From contig OZ004609.1 of the NCBI GenBank assembly GCA_963924565.1, forward strand, positions 16,740,001 through 16,804,000: 64,000 bases of DNA, written 5' to 3'. Position 1 is the first letter of the stretch, and each line of letters opens with the position of its first letter. Below, in pieces: positions 1 to 11,197 of the stretch. A program made the position numbers and the translations under genes. The notes under the pieces were generated by a model. It did not search any database, was not told the origin of the DNA, and saw nothing but the letters and a program-made list of their open reading frames with translations. The DNA comes from Ascidiella aspersa (lineage: Eukaryota).

Positions 1-65
1 AAATTATAACCATTTTTAGGGTTTTTCCCTAAATAAATATCCTCCCATAGTAAGCCAAGCCAAAT

Positions 66-81
66 GGTTTGAGAAACATTG
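66..81. mobile_element. Right terminal inverted repeat of a hAT MITE truncated by the window edge (inside an SLC28 intron)
   Basis: GGTTTGAGAAACATTG resembles the reverse complement of a hAT/Charlie CAGTGTTTCTCAAAC end. It is followed by GTCTATTG, an nnnTAnnn TSD pattern. The left end is not in the window. Confidence 0.45.
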
Positions 82-112
82 GTCTATTGTTGACATTGTT
101 TGTCATTTTAAG

Positions 113-644
113 GAGTTTTGATGCCAACCAGAAAAGAAGAATTGGCGGACATGGCATTACGCGCTTTGATCGGAGGAATGCTTACATGCTGTATGACTGC
201 ATCTATTGCAGGTGCGTAACTGTGGATTTTAATTTATTTGTATAATATTTCATTTTTAACCTAACGATAGTCTTGGCCCGTTGCTTTATACCACACAACT
301 TTAGTCACTTACGAAGCGTAATAAAGAAACGAGTTATTGTATTAATTGGCAAAAAAGCCCTGCGGATGACATTTTCGTTCAAGAAAACCGAAAACAAGTT
401 GAGACTAATTTAAAAATACAAATGCGTCTGACGAATTTAAAACCGTTTGAGATATATTATGGTCATGATTAACTAAATTGTCATTTACGTTTTTTCATTG
501 GAACCCGTTGTTTATCTTAATTACCAAATCGTTTTCAAAGGGCTGCTATTTATGGAGACACCATTGGAGACAACTACTTTGTTTACGAATTCAACAGCTC
601 TCCCATCAATTGCAACTACACTTCTTAATTCAACAAGACTTTAA
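113..644 (+). CDS. SLC28A3: SLC28-family concentrative Na+/nucleoside cotransporter (CNT), last two coding exons (113-211, 541-644); 5' part outside the window
   Basis: The spliced translation is (G)VLMPTRKEELADMALRALIGGMLTCCMTASIA|GLLFMETPLETTTLFTNSTALPSIATTLLNSTRL*. It matches the CNT C-terminal motif P.RK.....A.RAL..G...C.MTA.IAG.L and has a tail with two N-S-T sequons. Splice sites are AG|113, 211|GT and AG|541 (phase 1), with TAA at 642-644. The symbol is family-level only. Confidence 0.85.
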
Positions 645-956
645 GTTGTTGTTTTGTATTGTTTAGGAAGCAAGCGAAATCTGTTTTTCTAACCTGTAAA
701 AAAGTTGATTGTATTGCAAGAGACATTCTCAACACCCCACAATCACTCATTAAAATCCTCGATTTGCCTTCATCTTTCCACAGGAATTACCTTTGTCGTA
801 TCACGTTGTTGCCTATATTCAGAAAATTATTTTTATACAAACTGTTGATGAAGGCCTCTAAATCATCGTCCTCTAAATCATCTTTCCTACAAGCAAATGT
901 TTCTCTTTTGCTAGTTACTGGTTGGCCAAACCTATTTTTGTTTTAAATGTTTAGAT

Positions 957-1640
957 CAGTGGTTCTTAACCGGGGGCGTGCTCCTCTAGGGGGGTGCTAA
1001 CCAATTCTCAGGGGGGTCGTGGCTCTACTCCATTAGGCTATTTAACTTTCATAATCATTTTATTTGTTCCATGTTGCGTTTGTTTGTTGATTCTGCTTTA
1101 ATGCTGTCGTATGCTTTAATTCAGAGTTACACATGTGTAGATAAGTTACTTAAGAAAAACGGTTTATGATTTTGCGATTTGCGAACTTTTTTCTATTATG
1201 TTTTAGCAGGTTCTCGTTTATTGGACAATATTTGCTACCTATTACGGTCGATTCATGCTGTGTTTAGTTAGTCAGAACAGTATGATTTGTTTGAAGAGAT
1301 GTAAGTTTTGTCACAATTGGTTAGCGCCGGGGAATCAAGACTTTTTTGCGCGAAGTTTTAATGTTATTTCCAGTATAGCTATTGCATTGTGTTTCATCAC
1401 GCCTTTTGAAACCCGATTTATGCAATGTTTAATATTTGCGCTCCGGGCGACATTTTTACGTGGTTTCTGTGCAGCCTCTCAAAACGTTTGTAAAAATCAT
1501 CTCGATGAAAATTATTATGTTGCGCATTAAGAGTCAACTTTTGTATTTTCATGTTTTCCTACTATTATGTAATCTAAAAATACCGAATTGTTTTTGGTAT
1601 CTAAGGGGGGCGCGGTAGCAAACAAGGTTAAGAACCACTG
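957..1640. mobile_element. Non-autonomous hAT (Buster/Charlie-type) MITE, 684 bp
   Basis: Perfect 15-bp TIRs CAGTGGTTCTTAACC / GGTTAAGAACCACTG. Identical 8-bp TSD GTTTAGAT at 949-956 and 1641-1648 (nnnTAnnn). No transposase ORF. Confidence 0.93.
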
Positions 1641-3391
1641 GTTTAGATGCTGTGTAAGTTTTCTTTAATGTATATAAACGTATTTTTAAACGTCTGTGAC
1701 ACGCAGGATTATACACAACACTTTGTTCCATTTCTTTTTTACTTTTCGGTCATTTTTTAAAACTTTTCAACTCCTTTTTGTTAACGTATGTGCCTTGCAT
1801 TAAATTGATTCTTCATAACAATATAAAATGTGCCATTACATACTCTAACTTTTTATTTCACAAGTGTATTGGGATGTTCTATACTAGAATGGTATCTGTT
1901 CTGATCCGCAACAAATTATGTGTAAATTACAACACAACCCAACGTTAAAGGGAAATCTCTACAAAACTAGTAAATAATCAGTATAGGCTACAGCTTTTCG
2001 GACAAATCGTGGTCTAACAACTTTAATCACAATTATCCTGCCTTAACCTAAAAACACAATTGCACTTTTAAGTTGCATTGCACAGTTTTATGGGTTGTCA
2101 CAGGCAAATAAAAAATATTAAACTCTAATGTTGTCAACTTGACATACGCAAGCCTAGCGACATGGGCTTCTCTTGATATGTTGTCTCATAGATCTAGTGA
2201 AAACACCAAAATCTCTCTTAAGGTAGCTTGATCTTTTAGTTTTAGTGGTTCGTAATTTTTGTCGGTCGGTCAAAATATTTTCTTTATGTGCAGATGGGAA
2301 ACTGTTTTTTATTTTTAACTTTTACTACGCAAATGCAAAACTTTTCGCGTTATCGCGAATTTGATTTGCTATTTTAGTATGTTAAAGCTACTTTGGGAGA
2401 GTGTGTTCGACACTAAATCCAGCTAGAATTTTATGGCACTTGCGCTCTAAATTAGAATTTATGTCAACTTACAATGGTACAACTTGAGTGTTCAGTATTT
2501 GTTATGTTACGGTAAAACTATTCTTTTGTTTGTCTGTTTGAATTCTATAGCCTATAGTAAGTAGTAACGTTTCCAGATTACGTATAACCCTGGTGTGTTT
2601 GAAACTGATCGAATAAATACAGGCCTTTAGCGCGGTGGCTAAGCACATCACGCATACAATCAAAAATTGTTTTTTTCTTTGTACGTGATAAACCTCCATA
2701 TTTCTACTACATTTAAGCAAGCGAACGCTCGCTATTACACGCGATAAATCAAATTTTCTCCCTGTTAGTTTCTTGCCACTTGCGAACATAGGGACCAACC
2801 GGCAAAAATAAGTATGGACGATATAGGACTAATTTCGACTTAAACATATTAATAAGGGTTTGGGTATTATTCCGTTGTGAATATTGTTGCTTTATTGTTC
2901 TAATTATGTTTTCGTTTTGGTGTCGTATTACATTTTCGAGTTTGTGTAGCCTATCATGACATTTGCTAACAAGAGGGAAATGAGCGTCGGCCGAGTCGTG
3001 ATGGCTGCCCTCTTGTGCAGCAAGTGACAAGCAAATACACTTGTCGACATTCGCGCCTTAACCGAAAAGTCCTTAAACCGCCACACGAGTGTTTACTTTT
3101 GATAAGTAAATGCACTTGCGTTCTCTTACAAGCAACTGTCACCAAAACTACATTGCCTAGCTTTGTTAATGTATGTATGGCTTATAGATCCCATTAAACT
3201 TTTAATCACTTACAGAATTAAATGAAAATCCTAGGTCTTACCGTCCTATTTTATTTTCGGCGCCAGTTGCAAAACTTTTAAGAGATACAATTTCATAAGC
3301 ATATACTTCTACAACATTTAAACACGCTTCATTGACCACAAGTGTATTGTACAGCATGCTCACAACAAGTTGTTTCCGACTTGCCCTAAGC

Positions 3392-3709
3392 CAGCGGTTC
3401 TCAACTGGTGGGCCATAAGAACATTTAGGTGGGCCACAGACCAATTTAAATTTGGCTTCTTTTGTGTCACTATATTTAATTTTACAGGAATAACGGCTTG
3501 GGGAGGAATAAAAAAGGAATATAAATTAATGTTCAGCCTCTATCACACTAATGCACGGTTAAATAAATGATCTGTTTTGAAATATGTTTCTCCTGTGTTT
3601 TGTTCTAAACCTTTTTATTTTTGTTTTTTTTCTTTCATAAAACTATTGGGCCACAAAATTTTTTTGCAACGTAAATGGGCCACGAAAGAAATAAGGTTGA
3701 GAACCACTG
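3392..3709. mobile_element. Non-autonomous hAT MITE, 318 bp
   Basis: TIRs CAGCGGTTCTCAAC / GTTGAGAACCACTG, with repeated subterminal TGGGCCA motifs. TSDs CCCTAAGC (3384-3391) and TCCTAAGC (3710-3717) differ by 1 mismatch. Confidence 0.9.
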
Positions 3710-5061
3710 TCCTAAGCGAACAACTCACTTTTACCCACTTGGCTCATATATTGCAAGGCCTCACTGGACCTAAAATCTTGGCGCATCAGTTTAGCAATGA
3801 CACAATCTTTGTCATGCTTATCGCACTAAATTCTATCATTCATTCGTCAAACAAGCGACGGATCGTATGATAGAAACAGTTTGTGCAACAACAAATCGTT
3901 GTCAACGCATTTACCGGCGTTTGCGGCTGGCCGCTTGGGTGCGCGCCATCGGAAGGCTATTTGTGGAACGTGACGGATCTTGCATTTTGCCGCTCAACTC
4001 TATTTGTCCAACCCTTGTCGGCTCGAGATAAAATCAAGCACCTCATCATGTCATCCTAGTCCATACTTAAGTTTGGAATACGCCCGATAAGATGTGATTC
4101 CTCTCCTGTGGCGTTCGAAAATGGCGTCCTTTACAAACGGACAAGCGCAAGCAAACGTTGCTGACGGTTAACTACTCCAGGGAATGTCAAACTACTGTTG
4201 TTTATTTGAATTTAAACAATTTATTTTCGACTAACTTTTATGTAAAAAACAAGAAATATAATGAGCTTCAGTTCCAAAAAATTTAAATTAATCTGTTGCT
4301 ATTCCTTAAAACTTTAACATTTTGTTTGCTCGTCTGCATGAAAACATAGGCTATTTCAATCATTTTTAAATCAAATTGCACTTATTGTTTATCCTAATTA
4401 AGACGTATTTTCGCCCTAAACTTAACAACGAACAACAAACAAGTTTGTTTTAAGTAAGGCAAAAAAAGATCATACCGGTACTTTAAATAAGAAGCCGCCT
4501 ATCCACTCACGCGTTTTGTCAACAAAAATAAATAAATGATGTTCCCTGCACGAGGATATTTCCGCCAATGTTGTAAAGACAAGTCAGACCTCCTGGCAAA
4601 GTGGTAAGAAACAAAAGTCGAGCAAGTTTGTGGCGCTAATCTTCTCCTTGCATCGACACCGAGCTACATGAAGCCCTCAATCTGACGTTAAATTATTCAT
4701 AAATAAATCTTATCGCCGTTCTTTTCACATGGTGCCGAATTTGCTTGAAACATGATTATCAACTAGAAGCTTTAAAAATTGATAACCCCCTCTAAATGTC
4801 ACTGATCTGGATCTAAGACGCCCCATCTTAAAAATATCTTACAAAAACATAAACCAGGAGGGCAGTACAAAAGGCTAAAGGTTTAAGAACATAAACAAAA
4901 AATAGGTAAAATATCAAAGTTTGCTGATCGAATTCTATACGATTTAAGAATATGTCGTTTTATACAAATACGACTTCAATTTAAATCGGGGCTTCTGCAC
5001 CTTGTTCTATAGAAAAAAGTTTTCATTTAAAATTTAAAAAACTGTATATGTGGTTGGACTG

Positions 5062-5112
5062 CATTAAAACCCTAAATTTTAGGCACTTCATTAAAACCCT
5101 AAATTTTAGGCA
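5062..5112. repeat. Tandem duplication, 27-bp period (CATTAAAACCCTAAATTTTAGGCA x2)
   Basis: Exact 24-nt repeat starting at 5062 and 5089. Each copy contains the CCTAAA-T-TTTAGG palindrome. Confidence 0.85.
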
Positions 5113-5184
5113 TTCTTATTGAACAATCTAGGTAATACATTGGAGGAAACTTTGTGCACAGGGCGCTGATAACAGTTAACTTGG

Positions 5185-5248
5185 TATTCAAAAATAATTT
5201 AAAATATTCAAAAATATTCAAAAATAATTTAAAATTTAAAATTTAAAA
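5185..5248. repeat. AT-rich low-complexity tandem repeat (TATTCAAAAA / AATTTAAA units)
   Basis: Directly visible short degenerate repeats. Confidence 0.6.
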
Positions 5249-8200
5249 CTAGAAAGGTAATTTCGAACTCTCAATTTATTTTCCAACTGCTCATCATTCC
5301 TCATCGCTTTCATTCTTTTAGTTAACATTGGTCTTTAGCGTCGAACAAACTAAAATAACAACAACGTCGTCTTTGAGTGTGTTTCTAGTGTTTGCTGCGT
5401 CGGGCCAAGCGACAGGTGAGTAAGTCAATATTGACCAACAACGTTTGCGGGAGCCTGGGTCGGCGTCAACGAATCGACTCATGGGACGATACGCATGTAC
5501 AAGTCTGTTTGGAAATGCAACAACATATGCCCCGGTGGTTGGACTAATAACGTTTGATAAGAAATGTGGAGCATGGCCCGTAACAAAGTTTAAGAACAGC
5601 GCCTTTGGTCAGCAAAAGCGAACTTTGAACCGGTTGCATCTCGACCAGTTGGCAAATTTGCCATCCACTTATCCCATGTGACAGGCATACATACACACGT
5701 CGCATGAGGCGGCAACGTACTCCCGCTTACGCCAATAAAACTTATAGATATGAATCCACTTGTGTTGCATTTATTTATTAAGTTGACCTTGTTATTTTGG
5801 AAAAAAACGCCTTACAAAGACGTACAACAGAAAATACTACTTACATCAAAGCTTGTAGATTCGCAAATATTTCCGAACCGTTACAAAAAATAAATAACGC
5901 TAATATGAGATACAATGATAATACCGCACATGTTAACCGCACTCGCTATTAGCAAGCTTTGTTTATATAGGCGATATTTGCTATCTAAGTTATTCAACGT
6001 ACATTGATAGACCGTAGTACTATATATGGAAACGAAATTGGACAACTAGATAATTATAGCCTATTATCCTACGGATAACAGCGATATGCTGCTAAATTCT
6101 AATTCGAATCAAAATTTTGACATGTTTGTGTGTTATAGTTTTAGTTTAAATCTAATTTCCGATTTTGCCGAAAATGCTACTTTGTTCTATCTATAGTTTT
6201 TTATTAGTCGAAACAAGTATTCAGACATGTTATAGTTAACTATACAGTTTTAAAAGTGACAACGCATTTTTGCAATTTGCACTCTTATAAGAACAAAAGT
6301 TTATTTTTAATTTAGCTTTATCCAAATAATTGTGAATTTAATTAAACTAATTCCAGTTCAGATTTTACCTTAGTGTAGCGTTTTCGTGGATTCGATTGTT
6401 CTAATTCTAATCTACTTTGAAAAATCTGTAAAAGTTCTAATTCTCCAGGTCTGGATATAGGACTGCGTCTTTTCAGGAACAAGCTAAATACAGGAAGCGA
6501 AGTTCGACAGCCAACTATACAGGGTCGTAGTGCAACATGGCATTTTGTGCACCTAAATATTTCATTATGCATTGTCAGGTAGTGGCATGCCAGCACAAAC
6601 TATGATGCTTATCCGTTGACAACAGACGCTTGCGTGCGGTTTAATGCTGTCCATCACTGTTTCTGTAGGTTTGGTATTATTTCATCCAACCCAATGTAGG
6701 GTCGGAGTGGCCTTGTCGTGTAGTACAATGCCACCCCTCTCAATTAATTATTGATCTGTTCTTGTAGCGATCAACACGCCTGCCTAAATGTGACATAAAT
6801 AGACAACGATATTGGTGAAATGATGTATAGTCGCTTAATGAATATTCTGATCGCTGTTTGTCGCTCTTGCTGACGGTCGCACAGCTTAGCTGGAGTATAC
6901 AGCATATTTTTCCGGGGTTTACAGGAGAAGATCTTCGTTCCTTGATAAATAAACAGTTTTTATAAACAAAACATAAATTGGTATTAAATAAAAATAACAA
7001 ATAAAGTAAACCAGTATAGTTAAAAACGAATCAAACTCTAAAATCCTAACATTCTCGCAAATTCTATTAAAGATTGTTTATGAAAAAAAAAACTATTTAA
7101 AAAAGGCAAGTATGTCGTTTGCATTTTAGAGTAAAAAGTATTGAGAACTTTTTAATATTCTTAACAAATGTGCGTTTTTAATATCTAAAACGATTCAAAA
7201 CAAAAACAAAAAGGTCAATCATAAATAGAACTATGAAATTAATTGTACAACCTGAAAAAATATTTTGCTTATGCTAAACTATTTATCAATTTAAGATAGC
7301 CACAACATGTTTTCAGCAATTACGACACGGCAGAATGCTTCGAGACGAAGGATTCTTGGCAAAGGTTACAGACAGACGGCGTAACTCGGCACAGCGGACG
7401 CAGCAGTCGATGATTAGTCATATTAGAGTTGCGTGGCATCAGACTTTAATCCTGTTAACGCTCGAGTTGCAAGTTGTGAGTTTAACCAGAGTTCAACGGC
7501 GGCGAAGCGGACACGACCGCTGCTGTTACTTCGCTTGCATACGTGCAACTTTCTCGGGCCTCGCGTATGCGCGTACAAAGCCTTCAAAGCACACGTGAGG
7601 CGAGAGCCGCGGCGGAAATGTAGCGGCCACTTACCGCACTCATTAGCCTTCAGAAGGATTTACCCGTGTTATATTTAGCGCGACGCCAAGCTCTGCTCTG
7701 TCACCAACCAGTTGTCATGCACGTCACACGGTTCACGCGCACGAGTCCTACTCGATACTGGCAAATCTGATCAAGCAACTCTGACAGGAACATGTAAACA
7801 TACTAACCATGTAATAAAGAGAAAACTCTGCGCATTTCTTTTGCGCAAAACAATAACTTGTTCGACGTGTTCCTGCGAGGCCCATGAGGCTTAATAAATC
7901 TTGTGGCTCGTTTATAAGCCGGTGGAACGTAATATGTTAGAGTTCATATGTTCGAACCCCGGTTACCAAAATCAGTTAAAATAACAATAAGTTTTTGTGA
8001 AATTATCACCTGATACCATGTCACTGGTAGATATGGTCCATTTCATGACGGGCCATGAATCATCAGGATTGGGGTTGGAAAATCCAAATTATATAACGTA
8101 ACTCACGCGAAAGTACTGGTTGGTCAATTTTTAAAGCGTTTATTATGTTGATCAACAAGTTTTTTTGCGTTTTACAGTCGGTCATTCTATGCAAATTGCG

Positions 8201-10549
8201 ATTTAATTACTATTTTCGGATATATAGTACGAAAATTTTAATCTAAATATAACAGAAATTTATTGGTTGGATATATTTTATTAGTACAATGATATACCCA
8301 ATGAACCACTTAAATGTTTCTTATAGTAATGACCCACAATAAAAAATAAGCTGGGAACTAAATTAACTTAACAAAAGCCCTGAGAAAACTTGAATGTACG
8401 CATCTGTTGTTCCCAGGGGGTGATCGCTGTGTACAACCAGCGTTTGCGAGGTGGTTCGTCTTTGAGAGGTGTTTCACGGCCAGAAACGAGGCCTTTAACG
8501 CCCAGAGTCAATGCTGACGTTATCTGACCGCGATTTCCATTAACAAGCGGCGTCCGCAATTGCGCGCCATTGTCTTAGTTTGCGCAACATCGCTCGTTAC
8601 TGTAACATGGTAGCGAATTTTTGCGACCAATTGTCTTTCAGTTGGTCCGAACAATAGGGCTGGATGGAAGCAGCAATTATATGATAACACGCGATGGCTA
8701 ACAATTTGTGAGCGCCTTGTTTATAATCTGGCAATACAATGCACTTCGATCAAAACAGCTTGTCCAAACTTACTTTACTATTACTTGTTGGAATCCATTA
8801 CATATTCAAAAAAAGTTATAATTGATTGACTAATAAATATTAACAATCCATATAAAAATGTTGCCCAATTGACAATAATGAAGAAACTAAAGCAACCTTA
8901 ACAATTATAGAAATCATCCTATTTTTCACACTTTCCGCATTTCCTTTCAAATCTCGTTAAAACGATCTGTGTAAACTAATTAGTGCCAACTTTACGTATC
9001 GTCGTTCTGTGGTATTACGGATATAGCACTTTTAAACGTGTTCACACAGAGGTGTAGATATCCGATCGCACGTAAACTCTTAGCCTACTCGTCTGACAAC
9101 AACACTTTCTTGTATAGGATTTTACAATTTCACAGTTCGATCAGTTTGAAGAATTTTGGCTGTTAAACGTTTTACCAACCTTGTCGTTGGTACTTTACTT
9201 AACATTAAAAACTGTTTTTTTTTATTAGAACAGCGCAACATCAATTAAACCAATATGGGCTTCACAGTGTAACGCCCACATATTAACAAAATTTTGTTTG
9301 TTATATTCTATGATTGCAAACGTTAAAATATTAACCTTAAGTTTATTATTTAGAGATTGAACATGTCCATTGTTATTGACTGTTGTCAAATTATGCAGCT
9401 AATCATTGCGCGAGACAAGCAAGTAATCAAGGCGCTTTTCAAGTAACCCCTTATTTTCTGAACGCCCCGAGACACGCCTTCTTGATCACTCCGACTCGCG
9501 TGACAATGGAAACTATCGACCGCTACTTGCAACATGTAAACAAGTACTTTGTAACTGCATGGACTTTAATTGACGAGCGAAAACAACAAGCTCAAACAAG
9601 CCAAGTGGGTACGCAAACAAACCTTTGAACAACATCTGTACTTGACGACGAAGCTATAGGCCGTTTAAAATAGGTTCAATTGTAAATTAATTGTTGAGAT
9701 TGTTTTGCCAAGTTTGCCAGTCAGTATTATAAGCCCAGTACGTCCAAACTTACTTTTCATTTTGTTTGTTAATTACTATACTGTAACTTTAAATCTAACT
9801 CGTCATTAATAAAAACGGTTGATTGCTAGAAACTGTGTTGTATGTCGTGGACAAATGCAGTTTTTTGGTAAATCAACGGTGTAGGTGTTAAAACGTTTGA
9901 AACAAAACAATCCTAATCCTTTCCTGTACATGCGGACCAGCAGCAGACGAATCGTTGCGGGAGAGCCTGTCTGTACACAGTTCATTGTTGTCGGTCTTCT
10001 CAAGTTGGCTGTTTGTCTGTGTACCGACCCTTTGCCGTTCGCTTTGACACCCCTTGTCTGCACACTTTTCCTTGCGATAATCTGGCAGTCTGCCGCTGGG
10101 CCGTCAAAAGACAGCGGTCCAAAAAAGTTTGCCTGATTGTATAACTAACGGGCACACGACATATCAAGCAACAAATCGTATATCAGTGGGCAATTGACAC
10201 TCGCAGTAGAGCATTTACGACATTACAGGAAATCTATAATTTAAAGGAGATGGAAGACACAAGGAAAATTGCAAATTACAGTGAGTAAGGAAGACGATAG
10301 GTAGTTTTTTTCAGAAACTAAAAATTAAGCAATGCAGAATTATTAATGCGTTAATTCAGTCATATTACTAGAGCTGTTCTTAAAAAGCAAACTAGCCAAT
10401 GTTTACTATGGTAACTAAAAGAAGTAATCACCCCAGCAGTTCAAGAAAACAATTTCTAATTACACCGGCATTTAATTTTCGAATGGTGGGGCTAGAGAGC
10501 ACAGCACTAGCATATATGGTTACTTTGGCAAATTGAAAGCGAGGAAGAA

Positions 10550-10972
10550 AAAAACGCGGGCGATGTCGCTGACGCTGAAAACATTTGTCGAGAAAGGAAA
10601 TGCGGGGCGAGAGAGGGCGACGGCGCATCCCAACGATTTACTCACCTCGAAAAAAATGCCAGTGCGCGACTCTCGACAGCGTAAGACAGATTCGTAAAAA
10701 AATGCTCTGGCTTTCCGCTGTCGACGCGCGACATCGTCAGATTACTTTTGAATTAAGCACAGTCCAGTCAGCGATCCGCAACAGGAAATACATTAGCGTT
10801 AGGAAAGTTTTAGTGATCTCTGTTCGAATATAATTCGGTAAATCAATGTTCTTGTCGTTAACAGATCTATCAGTGTTTAAAACAAAAAACTGAAACAATA
10901 ACGACGAACATTTTTTGGATATATTTTTCGACGTACTGATTAAGATTCAACTTCATAATCTTTTAAATAAAG
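10550..10972 (+). promoter_or_regulatory. Probable Irx-1 promoter (CpG-rich block) and non-coding first exon ending at donor 10972
   Basis: A CpG-rich block at 10550-10750 is followed by a strong AAG|GTAAGT donor at 10972/10973, which pairs with the TTTTTCAG acceptor at 11152. An in-frame TAA at 10964-10966 makes the exon non-coding. The TSS is not determinable. Confidence 0.5.
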
Positions 10973-11197
10973 GTAAGTGAAAATAAAGGTATACAACGAT
11001 TAAAATAAAGGCAAAGTTGGTAAATTTCCTTACTATGTAGTGGCGTTTACTCTAGTTAAAGAATAAACCGTGTTGTAAGTAATTTCACTACTGTTTTACT
11101 GAGCTTGCCTAAAAAGAGACTGTTTGTTAAATAGTTTTTTTTACTTTTTCAGGCCTTATATCGCTTTGTCTCGATTATAACGCAAGAGATAGTTTCG

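Noticed and set aside
478-666. 62-aa ORF MSFTFFHW...
   Set aside because: Wrong frame over the real SLC28 last exon (541-644).
10250-10290. ATG...ACA|GTGAGT as a coding first exon of Irx-1
   Set aside because: It ends in phase 1, which is incompatible with the phase-0 frame at 11153, and the peptide is not Irx-like.
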